This document shows positions 23,753-32,042 of a stretch of DNA of 33,632 nucleotides, one piece after another. The stretch is taken from positions 1-33,632 of IMG/VR virus record IMGVR_UViG_3300016469_000504. One strand, written 5' to 3'. Made by a program: the position numbers and the translations under genes. Within the stretch, counting starts at the first letter, position 1, and each line of letters begins with the position of its first letter. This DNA is from a virus. Lineage: Duplodnaviria; Caudoviricetes. Below the pieces are notes generated by a model. The model searched no databases, was not told the DNA's origin, and saw nothing but the letters and a program-made list of their open reading frames with translations.

Positions 23753-25642
23753 TTAGGTCCAAAACTTAGTAGTACCACCTTCGACCTCAAGAGGGATAGG
23801 TCCAAGTGAGCAACTAAGATTAAAGTCTGTTAAAGATCGCCGAATGATCTCATCAGCTTCCTGCGCTTGCTCATCGTCTACTTCGACGCCTAGGAAATCG
23901 TGAACAAACAAGACGGGAGTCCCGTCGATCTGTCTTTTCCTAAACTCTTGACTAGCTCTGAACGCGCCCTCAATAAGTAGGTCAGAAGCCGAGCTCTGCA
24001 CCAAAGTGTTAAAGCCTTTCATGTAGGCGTCTTGTGGATCTTGGATCTTGATCGGGCGGCCAAAGAGATTGACGACGTGTTCGCCCATCTCAAGGTGCTC
24101 GGTCAACTCGCGCTTAAACTTAAAGGCAGTCTGAAAGGCGTCGCGGAACCTGTAGAGTAAACGCTTACAGTCGGCTTCTGTTTTTTGATAGCCGCGCTTT
24201 TGCAGAGCTGCTTGGATCTGTCTAGCTCCAGCTCCGTAAAAGAGTGCGAGGCCTACTTCTTTTGCGGCCTTTCTCTCTTTTGGGTAAGCGTGTTTAATCT
24301 CTGTAACTGCAACGTCTTGGGTGTGCTCAAAGTAGAGCTGAGTCGTATAGTCGTGGATCGAAATGCCTTGTTTGACGAGCTCGTAGAGAGTCGGATCGTT
24401 TGTGTAAAGTGCTATTAGTCTTGGTTCAATGGCGGCAAGGTCATAGCCGATGAGGCTAAAGCCTTCTCTTGCTCTGAAATATTGTTTGAGTTCTTGGGGT
24501 ACTTGTTGAACGTTGGGGCGCTCGCAACTAAGCCGACCAGTTCTTGCCCCTGTGACGTTATAGATCGGATGTAGGCGTCCATGTCCGCCTTGGTTTTGAT
24601 TGTTGGTAAGCTCTGCGATGGTCGGCAGAAACGCGGTCTGGAGTTTACTAACTTTCCGAAACTGTAAATAAGTTTTAACGTCATCGGCACCCTCCTCACT
24701 CAAGCGTTGCAGAACTTCCTTACCTGTTGAGTCTGTTCCTGCAAAGGTTTGCACGTCATAACCTAGAAAGTCACGCAGTAACCACAACAATTGTTTGGGA
24801 GAGTTCAAATTAATTTTTGTTTGTTTGGCCCTCTCTAGTTGCTTCTCATAATGCCATCGACGAATAGGCCTGTGCTTTACGTCTTTGAACTTCTCTTCGA
24901 CCTCTGCAATAGCTTGCGCCCGTAAGTACTCAGAGGCTTGGCTCCACTGCTTTTCTAGTTGCGCTTCTAGCTCTATGCTCTTTACATGTAATTCTTTTTC
25001 AAGTTCTTTGAGAGCTTGAGTGTCGACCTCAATGCCTCTAAGCTCTGCCCGTAAAATCATTTTAGTCCAGCTCATAAGGCGCTCATAGAAGGCGATCTGG
25101 TCAGCGGCTCTGAGCTTCTCTTCAAATAACTTGGTTAGCTCTAAAGTATAGCGCGCATCTTTCAGTGCGTATTCAGCGGAGGCGTGGTTCTCGACCTCCC
25201 AAAACGGCTCGACGTTTAAGAAGTAGGGCGCAAGGGTTTTGAGCGAGTGTTGTCCTGCCTTACGATGGTGGCTGCCTAAGCTTTTGCGCTCAGCCTCGTA
25301 CTGCTCTAACCAGTCGGTGGGTATCTTTTCAGTTGAGACAAACGCCGCAATCTGGGAGTCGTGTTGCCAGCGAGAGAGGCCAACCTTGAGCCCTTTTTTC
25401 ATCAAAAAGAAAAGGTCAAATTTAAAGTTATGGCCTGTAAGTGTGCCAGGTGTCATATTTAAAAATTCTTGCAACTCTTCGACTCGTTTAAATGTGGCCA
25501 CAAGGCCTGAGCTTTCAGCGACAGCAATCATTGTAATGTCAGCAGTGAAAGGGCTAAGCGAATGCCCTTCCTTACAAAGAGAGCGGCCACGGTGCGAGCA
25601 GGTGGGGACGTTACAAGCGGTCTCAATATCAATTGATATCAT
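23753..25642 (-). CDS. polA: DNA polymerase family A with 3'-5' exonuclease
   Basis: Exo motifs DIET, HNFKFD and YALKDA; TGRLSC..PNVQQVP; motif A DLAAIEPR; motif B RKAAKEVGLALFYG; motif C VHDF. Confidence 0.95.
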   Translation of the reverse strand: MISIDIETACNVPTCSHRGRSLCKEGHSLSPFTADITMIAVAESSGLVATFKRVEELQEFLNMTPGTLTGHNFKFDLFFLMKKGLKVGLSRWQHDSQIAAFVSTEKIPTDWLEQYEAERKSLGSHHRKAGQHSLKTLAPYFLNVEPFWEVENHASAEYALKDARYTLELTKLFEEKLRAADQIAFYERLMSWTKMILRAELRGIEVDTQALKELEKELHVKSIELEAQLEKQWSQASEYLRAQAIAEVEEKFKDVKHRPIRRWHYEKQLERAKQTKINLNSPKQLLWLLRDFLGYDVQTFAGTDSTGKEVLQRLSEEGADDVKTYLQFRKVSKLQTAFLPTIAELTNNQNQGGHGRLHPIYNVTGARTGRLSCERPNVQQVPQELKQYFRAREGFSLIGYDLAAIEPRLIALYTNDPTLYELVKQGISIHDYTTQLYFEHTQDVAVTEIKHAYPKERKAAKEVGLALFYGAGARQIQAALQKRGYQKTEADCKRLLYRFRDAFQTAFKFKRELTEHLEMGEHVVNLFGRPIKIQDPQDAYMKGFNTLVQSSASDLLIEGAFRASQEFRKRQIDGTPVLFVHDFLGVEVDDEQAQEADEIIRRSLTDFNLSCSLGPIPLEVEGGTTKFWT

Positions 25643-26048
25643 CGTCTTCCTCCCTTAAGTCAGTTAAGAAGCTAAGCACACGTTTAAACTCGACTGCGTC
25701 CATAACGTGAATCTTGTCTGTTTCGAGCTCCTCCAGCTCGCAGATGGCGGGCGTTCTACTGTCGAGGCGGTAGACGACGTTCGTCTCAGCAGGAATTTTA
25801 AAGCCACTCTTTAACAAGATCGTCTTAGTTGTACGGGCGAAGCCTACTTTACGTTGTTCAATTGCAAACAAAGTCTCAAGGGCTGTCTGTGCTGTGTGGT
25901 TCTTTGGTGAACTTGCATGTTGAGCGAGTAGCTCTTCAACAATTGGTCGAAAGAAATTGTTATAAATGCGCTGAGCAAGCTTTGAAGCGCGAAAGAACTT
26001 GGCGCCTTTCTCTCTTGGCTGTGGGGCGCGACGAGACTTAGAGACCAT
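25629..26048 (-). CDS. Hypothetical protein
   Basis: 139 aa overlapping both neighbours. Confidence 0.6.
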   Translation of the reverse strand: MVSKSRRAPQPREKGAKFFRASKLAQRIYNNFFRPIVEELLAQHASSPKNHTAQTALETLFAIEQRKVGFARTTKTILLKSGFKIPAETNVVYRLDSRTPAICELEELETDKIHVMDAVEFKRVLSFLTDLREEDDDIN

Positions 26049-26400
26049 CGTCTCCCCCCTCCATCTCAGCCAGCGCCTCTTGCTCTTCGTCTAAAGTCTC
26101 CATGGCGCTAATTGCGTATACCTGACCAAGTAAGAACGCGCGCCCGAATGGTGTTTGAAAGAATCGATCTGCGACGGTAAGCGGTGAGAGGTGCAGCCTA
26201 ATCATGTCGGCTACCTCTTGTGCCGTCATGGGCGAATCCTGTAGCTCCGGGAAGAGTTCAGAGTGGAACGCGTTATACTCTTCAGCCAAGAGTTGGGATA
26301 CATCTAAAAGGTCGACGTCGTAAACCTCTACGGCTTTTGCAGAAGGGCGTGCGAGGTAAAGAGTAGCGTACGGCTTTGAGCTAAATTTCTTTTTACTCAT
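26038..26400 (-). CDS. Hypothetical protein
   Basis: 120 aa with an acidic tail; coupled to the RuvC-like gene. Confidence 0.6.
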   Translation of the reverse strand: MSKKKFSSKPYATLYLARPSAKAVEVYDVDLLDVSQLLAEEYNAFHSELFPELQDSPMTAQEVADMIRLHLSPLTVADRFFQTPFGRAFLLGQVYAISAMETLDEEQEALAEMEGGDDGL

Positions 26401-26884
26401 CGGCTAACTCCATTGCTGCAAGGGCGATAGCTAAAGCGTCGGTCTGATCTGGGCTGAGTTCTGAGACGTCGATGTTTAAGCGTTTGGCTACGCCTGCTGC
26501 GACAGCTTGCTTGTCTGCTTTACCGCTGCCGCCGATCAGTCGCTTGACTGTGGTGTTTGGTACGTCAATGAGTTGTGCGTGTGCGGGCACTGCTGCTTTA
26601 AGTGCACCGATAACTTGCTGGAGAATCTGATTGCCGCGGCCGCGAATACAGAACGACTCAACGACAACTGTCAGTTCGGCGTCTGGGTCTATGCTGCCCA
26701 GTAGTACAGTAGCAAATTCGTTTAGCTCCCTAAGTCTGGCATTTTGGCTCTTGCTCTTAGGCCAGAAATCTTCAACGTGAACAAAGCGCAAGGGCTCAAG
26801 CATGATGGCGCCAACAGCAGTCGGCGAGCTGCTGCCGCTACCTGGGTCGATGCCTATGGTGATCCTCAGTTTTTGCTTGCTCAC
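26393..26884 (-). CDS. ruvC: RuvC-like Holliday junction resolvase
   Basis: IGIDPG, VVVE, VKRLIGGSGKADKQAV and DQTDALAIA motifs. Confidence 0.9.
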   Translation of the reverse strand: MSKQKLRITIGIDPGSGSSSPTAVGAIMLEPLRFVHVEDFWPKSKSQNARLRELNEFATVLLGSIDPDAELTVVVESFCIRGRGNQILQQVIGALKAAVPAHAQLIDVPNTTVKRLIGGSGKADKQAVAAGVAKRLNIDVSELSPDQTDALAIALAAMELADE

Positions 26885-26896
26885 TGGCGCCTCGTT

Positions 26897-26918
26897 AAAA
26901 TTAATTACAGTTATTGTT
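26897..26918. promoter_or_regulatory. Palindromic motif, copy D
   Basis: AAAATTAA-ttacag-TTATTGTT immediately upstream of the ruvC RBS; overlaps a possible TTGATT-16-TAATTT promoter on the - strand. Confidence 0.75.
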
Positions 26919-26921
26919 AAA

Positions 26922-27479
26922 TCAAAAACCGCAGCAATCGAGCTTCCAATCCAACCGGTTGCTTTTACTTAAGTTAAGTGTCGCCGGTAAAACCTGAAGG
27001 TTCCACGGCACGTTCAGCCCGCAGACGTGCTCGCTAATCAGTGGCACGATGTGGTCGACATGCCAACCTATGTCAGGCGCCTCTTGCTCTAAAAATAGCG
27101 CTTGTCGCTTAAGCCACTGCATCTGTTCCTTTTGCTCTTCGCTTAACCATTTAGGGGTTGCGCGGTCTTCGATTGCTCTGCGTTTTTGAACTTTGAGCCA
27201 GTAATAGTCCTTGTTCTCTTGGTAATGCTGCTTTCGACGTTCTAACTCGCGCTCCCTGTTAGCTTCATAATACTGCTTTTGGTACGCAAGCCCTTGCTCT
27301 CGGTTAGTCTCGTAACGTTGTTTCCTAAGCTCAAGCACGCGCTCCTTGTTAGCTTCATAATACTGCTTCTTCTGCTCAAGCACGCGCTCCCGGTTAGCCT
27401 CGTAATAGTGCTTCATACAAACGCCTTTTGCTACGTGCTCCCGCTCACACCCATCAACCGAACACCGCCGCTTACTCAC
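26922..27479 (-). CDS. HNH endonuclease with 15-aa repeats (paralog of 4-765)
   Basis: CSVDGC...VCMKHY; five YEAN(R/K)E-type repeats; ATPKWL...WHVDHIVPL...CGLNVPWNLQVL...NLSKSN. GTG 27479 is the preferred start. Confidence 0.85.
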   Translation of the reverse strand: MSKRRCSVDGCEREHVAKGVCMKHYYEANRERVLEQKKQYYEANKERVLELRKQRYETNREQGLAYQKQYYEANRERELERRKQHYQENKDYYWLKVQKRRAIEDRATPKWLSEEQKEQMQWLKRQALFLEQEAPDIGWHVDHIVPLISEHVCGLNVPWNLQVLPATLNLSKSNRLDWKLDCCGF

Positions 27480-27559
27480 TGCTCGTCCTCGCTCAGGAAG
27501 CCGGTCGCCAGTAACACTGCTACTGCCATGGTTAACCAAAACGTACTATCCCAGCTCAC
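27476..27559 (-). CDS. 27-aa membrane peptide absent from the track (MSWDSTFWLTMAVAVLLATGFLSEDEQ)
   Basis: GTGA start/stop overlaps with both neighbours; one hydrophobic segment. Confidence 0.55.
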   Translation of the reverse strand: MSWDSTFWLTMAVAVLLATGFLSEDEQ

Positions 27560-28065
27560 TTTAAAACTCCATCAATAAGGTTTAGTTTCAACGCTTCTTG
27601 CGTGGTTAGGTACGACTCGCCTGAATGAAGTGTTTTAATCCGACGAAGACTCAAACCCGTTCTGTTTGCAAAGATGCGATTGTAAGTATCGTCAAGTCTC
27701 TCATTGTGCCTTTTTTCTTGGGCGCTCTGAGCAGTCGATTCGCCAGCGTGGATCAACCACTGTGTGTGTTCAGTCGCCATGCGTACATCGGCTGCTTGCA
27801 AGATAAGAGTTGCGGCCGACGCTATCGTCCCGTTGGCCACAATCTCAACTCGTTTGTCGCAGGTCTTTGAAAAGAGTTTGATGCGATCATAGATGCCTAA
27901 GGCGAGCTCAACGTCTCCGCCGCTGCTTGTATAAAAGACGGTGACGGTGGCTTGCTCAAGCTGCGCAAATTCTTTTAAAACCTCAGCCCAGGTCAACCAG
28001 TGCGCTTCATCTATATCGCCCGCTATCGAGGCGACTGCTGTCTCGGCATTAATTACCAACGACAT
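27556..28065 (-). CDS. ClpP-like peptidase (S14)
   Basis: IAGDID, TSSGGDV, GTIASAA (Ser), LIHA (His) and YLTTQEALKLNLID. Start MSLVIN at 28065 is preferred. Confidence 0.85.
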   Translation of the reverse strand: MSLVINAETAVASIAGDIDEAHWLTWAEVLKEFAQLEQATVTVFYTSSGGDVELALGIYDRIKLFSKTCDKRVEIVANGTIASAATLILQAADVRMATEHTQWLIHAGESTAQSAQEKRHNERLDDTYNRIFANRTGLSLRRIKTLHSGESYLTTQEALKLNLIDGVLK

Positions 28066-28525
28066 ACGGCAAAACCTCGCGTTTAGCTCTTTTAACTTTC
28101 TTGGTGTAGGGGAACTCGTAAGGCGCACGAACTGGTTTTGTTCTGTTTGGGCCGGTGTTATAGCAAACGTACCACGCGTCTTTGTACTTCTCGCGGCACA
28201 CGGCTTCCATGCGTTTTAAATAACGGACGCCAACTTTTACGTTGTGTTTAACGTCACCCTTCTTTACGTCATGAAACTCTGGGCGCAGCTGGTAAACGCC
28301 AATCTCGCCAACTGATCCGACTGCGTTGGGGTTGAAGTCGCTCTCAACTTTAGCAACAGCAAGCGCAATGACTGGGTCGACTTGTTGTTTGATCGCCTCT
28401 GCGATAATAAGTTTTTTAATCTCCTGCTTGCTGAGCTCTTGTGCTTCTGCTTTACGCGCAGCCAAGACTGCTGCAATTAGCAGTGCTACTAAAATCAGAA
28501 TTAGGTTAAACAACTTCTCTTGCAC
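28049..28525 (-). CDS. Lytic transglycosylase (SLT) with N-terminal signal peptide
   Basis: AVAKVESDFNPNA (catalytic Glu), GVYQL and YNTG; hydrophobic leader ending AEA-Q; GTG 28525 with GGAGG RBS. Confidence 0.88.
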   Translation of the reverse strand: MQEKLFNLILILVALLIAAVLAARKAEAQELSKQEIKKLIIAEAIKQQVDPVIALAVAKVESDFNPNAVGSVGEIGVYQLRPEFHDVKKGDVKHNVKVGVRYLKRMEAVCREKYKDAWYVCYNTGPNRTKPVRAPYEFPYTKKVKRAKREVLPYVVGN

Positions 28526-28536
28526 GGGTTGCCTCC

Positions 28537-28827
28537 TTAGTAAGGTCCGTGGGTCGGGCAAATCATGGTTAAAGAGCGATCAAAATAACCCTTAGTGCCG
28601 CAACGTGGGCAGAGTCCTTCTTTCTTGCGACGTTCTGCTTCGGTTTCATTTGCGTAATCAAACAGGTTCAGCGGCTCTTCATGACCGTAGTCGCCAAAGT
28701 AAAAGAGCTCGTCAGCCATCTCGTTCTGGTTGGATGGTAGGAGCGGCACTGTGTTCAGCACGTCAGGCTGTTGTGGGCCGTTGTACTTAGGTCGTCTAAT
28801 AACTTTTGGTTTCGCTGGGTGGTCCAT
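28537..28827 (-). CDS. Hypothetical protein with C-terminal Zn ribbon
   Basis: CPRCG...CPTHG; ATG 28827 with GGAG RBS. Confidence 0.6.
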   Translation of the reverse strand: MDHPAKPKVIRRPKYNGPQQPDVLNTVPLLPSNQNEMADELFYFGDYGHEEPLNLFDYANETEAERRKKEGLCPRCGTKGYFDRSLTMICPTHGPY

Positions 28828-28828
28828 T

Positions 28829-29050
28829 TCAAAAGCTCCAACGCACGACGATCTTTTGTTCAATCAAAGGACGCGCAATGAGGAGAACGTTACCGACTGC
28901 TGCTCGCACTTCTTGTGGAACTTCTTTGCGTTCAAACTCTTGCAGCGTTGCCTGCAGGCCTGACTGTTTAAAGTAAGCGCGTGTTACCTCTTGAGATCCA
29001 GGCGCACCTGTGCCAGCTGCTATGACTGCAAGTACTAAAAGCGGCTCCAT
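28829..29050 (-). CDS. Small envelope-associated hypothetical protein
   Basis: Starts MEPLLVLAVIAAG with a GAGG RBS; ends IVVRWSF. Confidence 0.55.
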   Translation of the reverse strand: MEPLLVLAVIAAGTGAPGSQEVTRAYFKQSGLQATLQEFERKEVPQEVRAAVGNVLLIARPLIEQKIVVRWSF

Positions 29051-29051
29051 G

Positions 29052-29438
29052 TTATCGACCTCGCTCAAGCAGGAAGATGCCGACAACAAGACCAAGCGAG
29101 AAAGAGATGGGCGCAACGACTGTCGGGTCACGGTACCACTTGTCTTGCTTTTCAAGCTCATCAAGTGATTGGTTTAAAGCGCGCTCAAGGTTGTTGCTTC
29201 TAGTCTCTAAGCTCTCAATGTAGAGCTGTTGTTTCTCTAGCGCTTCAGTGCAGAGGTCGATTACGCGCTCAGCTTCATCGACCTGCTCTTGGCAGTTCTT
29301 AAGCTCCGTCTCTGTCGTCGCCTCCGCTGCCATCGTCCTTTCGGGGTGGAGTGACAGGCTTAAGGTGAGAAGGGCGACGCTTACGATTGTACTCTTTGAG
29401 CGCCTCTTCGAAACGCTGCTGGTGTACTCTTGATTCAT
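29052..29438 (-). CDS. Signal-like leader, coiled-coil and C-terminal TM protein (spanin-like candidate)
   Basis: Basic/hydrophobic leader, long coiled-coil and C-terminal TM; overlaps the upstream gene by 140 nt in another frame; start uncertain. Confidence 0.5.
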   Translation of the reverse strand: MNQEYTSSVSKRRSKSTIVSVALLTLSLSLHPERTMAAEATTETELKNCQEQVDEAERVIDLCTEALEKQQLYIESLETRSNNLERALNQSLDELEKQDKWYRDPTVVAPISFSLGLVVGIFLLERGR

Positions 29439-29604
29439 ATCGAAGCCTCTCTAACTCTTTGCGAGTTTGTTCGATCAGTTCTTTGTTAATAACTCTCAAC
29501 ACCGGTGCAGAACGTTTAGGCGGGAAGACCCAGTCGTAAACAACGCGCGCGATAAGGAATGCGCCTGCACCTGTTAAAATCCAAAGCATTGCTTCCAAGC
29601 TCAT
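29299..29604 (-). CDS. N-terminal TM plus coiled-coil protein (i-spanin-like topology)
   Basis: MLWILTGAGAFLIARVV followed by a charged helix; ATGA-coupled to the protease gene. Confidence 0.5.
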   Translation of the reverse strand: MSLEAMLWILTGAGAFLIARVVYDWVFPPKRSAPVLRVINKELIEQTRKELERLRYESRVHQQRFEEALKEYNRKRRPSHLKPVTPPRKDDGSGGDDRDGA

Positions 29605-30380
29605 TGTGTGGCCTCGCTAACTGAGCCTTGTTTAATTACAGTTTCTACTTGATTGACAAAATCGATGAGCTCAACCAGCGGAACGATGAGCCCGTTTTTC
29701 GTATCGAGTTCGAAGGCAAACACAACACCGGCAACTCGGCCTTCGGCATCAAGAGCGGGTGAGCCTGAGTTACCAGGAGCAACCAACAGATCCATGCGTC
29801 CGTAGCGCATGGGCGGCATGCCTTCGCTCATGGAGATGGGGTCAATTAGGTAGTTTAGAAATCGGCCTTCTGCTTTTGTGAGTGGTCGCAAGAAAGGGTG
29901 ACCAAAGACGGTGACGATCTCGTCTGAGTCAAACTCTTTCAAAGCAGGGCGCAGGCCTTGAACTCTTAGAGTCAAATCCTTAGGCGCTTCCAAAGCGCAG
30001 AGATCAGTTACGTTTGAACGAGCGATAAGTTTTGCTACGTAACGTCGCTCACCTTGAAACAGAAGGAAAAGCCGGGCGCCATCCTTAGCACCCTGCGCTT
30101 GTGCCTCTGCAAAACCTGCCAAACAGACGTGCGCGTTAGTTACAACGATGTCGACGCTGCCGTTGCTGTACAAGAAGGCGGTGCCCCCGCCTCCATAGAC
30201 TGTGCCGTTTGGCATGATGGGCTGAAGTTTGAAGACTTGGTAATCGATCTTATTAATGCGCCCATCCGTGGGCGTGTCTTTAAAGAGCTGGGTTGAAAGG
30301 CAGCCTGTAATGACGAGGGTGAGAAGGAAACAGGTAACTAACTCGATCTGATAATTTAAATTAATTTTAAATCGCGCCAC
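29601..30380 (-). CDS. Trypsin-like serine protease, probable lipoprotein
   Basis: Triad TNAHVC, TDLC and PGNSGSP; leader ending LVITG-C (lipobox-like). Confidence 0.88.
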   Translation of the reverse strand: MARFKINLNYQIELVTCFLLTLVITGCLSTQLFKDTPTDGRINKIDYQVFKLQPIMPNGTVYGGGGTAFLYSNGSVDIVVTNAHVCLAGFAEAQAQGAKDGARLFLLFQGERRYVAKLIARSNVTDLCALEAPKDLTLRVQGLRPALKEFDSDEIVTVFGHPFLRPLTKAEGRFLNYLIDPISMSEGMPPMRYGRMDLLVAPGNSGSPALDAEGRVAGVVFAFELDTKNGLIVPLVELIDFVNQVETVIKQGSVSEATQ

Positions 30381-30454
30381 GCTGGCTTAGCCCTTTCATG
30401 GGTTAAAGTAGGTTTTAAGGCCAAACGCGTGGTGCAGATTGATTGTGTTGCCTA

Positions 30455-30515
30455 CTCAAATAGTGTGCCAAGAGGGCTAGGCCTACGTCAAGGGAGGCGG
30501 GAAAAAATCGTGCCA
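30455..30515 (-). promoter_or_regulatory. Promoter region with two TTGGCAC boxes and a possible sigma70 element
   Basis: TGGCACACTATTTGAG (30470-30455) is one base off the sigma54 -12 consensus; TGGCACG at 30515-30509 lacks a -12; TTGACG-18-CACACT is also present. Confidence 0.35.
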
Positions 30516-30524
30516 ACGTCTCAG

Positions 30525-31262
30525 TTAGAAGCGTTCTACGAGTGGTCGATAGAGTTCGGCAAGCTCAGGGTTACCGCCGTTTGACGCTCGAAAGTACCAA
30601 CGAAGTGCAGCCATGATGGCTGACGGCTCAGCGTGTGAGAGTGGGCCTTTAGGTCTAATCAGCTTATAGAGCTTTCGTGCAAGCCACGAGACGGGTGTCG
30701 GCAGTACGGCTTGCGCATGTACAAGGCGCGCTATGTGGTTTAGGTCGTCTGAGTGATCGGGGTTGCGCATGGCCTTTACCCAAATCGAGAAAGCATTAAA
30801 CAAGAGTTGTAGGTCTAGAAGGCAGAGTAGGGGCCAGAGGTACCACGCACGAAATGCGCGGATATAAATGCCGATCGTGGATAGGTTGGCCCAATCTTTA
30901 TTCTGATAGCGGCCCAGGCGTTTTACGTGGTTCCACGCGGTCCAGCGAAGGTAAGGGCCCATGGTGTGCACCGACATCATACAGACAAGCACATCTTGTT
31001 GATCACGTGAGAAGTGGTTGGGGTCATCTCTAAAGGTTTCAGGTGGTCTAAAGTCAGGACCTTGAAACGGGTGACGGACAAAGCCGCGGCGGCGGAAGTT
31101 ACTTAGTAGATCAAGCGTGTCGAGTGGGCCTAGGATCGGTGGGTTTGAAAGAACCTGTTGGCCCGTAAGCTTTACGGCAAGCCAGTAAAAACCGTGGCGC
31201 TGGGCCGTATCACCGCCATCACCATCTGCTTGAACTATGAATCCGTATTTGTCGACGTGCAA
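30525..31262 (-). CDS. Hypothetical protein with enzyme-like motifs
   Basis: 245 aa with [18 protein letters not shown] and SDDLN; GGAGG RBS; overlaps the thyX end. Confidence 0.7.
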   Translation of the reverse strand: MHVDKYGFIVQADGDGGDTAQRHGFYWLAVKLTGQQVLSNPPILGPLDTLDLLSNFRRRGFVRHPFQGPDFRPPETFRDDPNHFSRDQQDVLVCMMSVHTMGPYLRWTAWNHVKRLGRYQNKDWANLSTIGIYIRAFRAWYLWPLLCLLDLQLLFNAFSIWVKAMRNPDHSDDLNHIARLVHAQAVLPTPVSWLARKLYKLIRPKGPLSHAEPSAIMAALRWYFRASNGGNPELAELYRPLVERF

Positions 31263-31912
31263 GGTTTGACCTCCCAGCCAAGAGCTTCTGCTACTGTTGG
31301 AAACTCTTTGGCCAGTATAGCGCGCACGCCTTCGGCAATTTCTCTGTGTTCTGCTTGCGTCTCTTTTGCTGCCCTAACTTCTATGTAGTGGATCCAAGAG
31401 CGCAGGCTGCCTGTCATGTAGAGGGTCGTCTTAGTTGAAAGGGGTAGCAGGAAGCGGGCCGACTCTTTTGCTATACCTTTTTCAAGGGCTTGTTGATAAG
31501 CAGTAAGAGCCAAACCACCAAGCTGCTTTTGCGTCTCTTCAAACCACTCTCTTACGTCTTGTGGTAAGTCATTGGTTGAGTTTTGCCTGTTCTTTAAATC
31601 CTGCCTGCGTGGCTCTACAACTTCATAGTCCGTCGACTGCGCGTAACGCTGAGAGAACTCTTGGAAGCAGAACGAGCGGTGTCTTAGGATCTGGGCAGCA
31701 ATCGCGCGGCTTGTCTCGATCTCGACTGTCATGGAGACGTGCTCAAAGGGGGACCAGTGTTTATGGTCGATCAAGTAGCGTAGAAGTTTCGGCGCTGTCT
31801 TATGGTTCTCTTGGTTTGTTGGGTTAGAGACGCGGGCGACAAAAGCGACAAGTTGCTCGGCTGTGAGAGAGTCGTCGGTTGGCTTTGTAACTGCGATTAG
31901 TTTTACGCTCAT
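31235..31912 (-). CDS. thyX: FAD-dependent thymidylate synthase
   Basis: [29 protein letters not shown] (RHRx7S), KESARFLLP and TQAEHR. Confidence 0.97.
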   Translation of the reverse strand: MSVKLIAVTKPTDDSLTAEQLVAFVARVSNPTNQENHKTAPKLLRYLIDHKHWSPFEHVSMTVEIETSRAIAAQILRHRSFCFQEFSQRYAQSTDYEVVEPRRQDLKNRQNSTNDLPQDVREWFEETQKQLGGLALTAYQQALEKGIAKESARFLLPLSTKTTLYMTGSLRSWIHYIEVRAAKETQAEHREIAEGVRAILAKEFPTVAEALGWEVKPCTSTNTDS

Positions 31913-32034
31913 CGCTTACCCTTCTTTCGTTTGGGTTTGCTGGAAATGAAGATGAATGCCCACCACCCTATCATTAAAGCGCAATTGATTATGATTAAAA
32001 TCCACATGAGTGTGATGGTTTGCTCTGCGCTCAT
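31909..32034 (-). CDS. 41-aa single-TM protein absent from the track ([41 protein letters not shown])
   Basis: GAGG RBS; ATGA overlap with the thyX start; TM segment plus basic tail. Confidence 0.65.
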   Translation of the reverse strand: MSAEQTITLMWILIIINCALMIGWWAFIFISSKPKRKKGKR

Positions 32035-32042
32035 GGCTTGCC

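Noticed and set aside
26894-26922. True chromosomal dif site (TTATTGTTAAAT resembles the XerD arm TTATGTTAAAT)
   Set aside because: It has an extra T and the left arm does not match a XerC arm; treated as a member of the phage palindrome family.
28403-28423. Further palindrome copy GATAATAA-gtttt-TTAATCTC
   Set aside because: Spacer is 5 bp, the arms mismatch, and it lies inside the SLT coding region.
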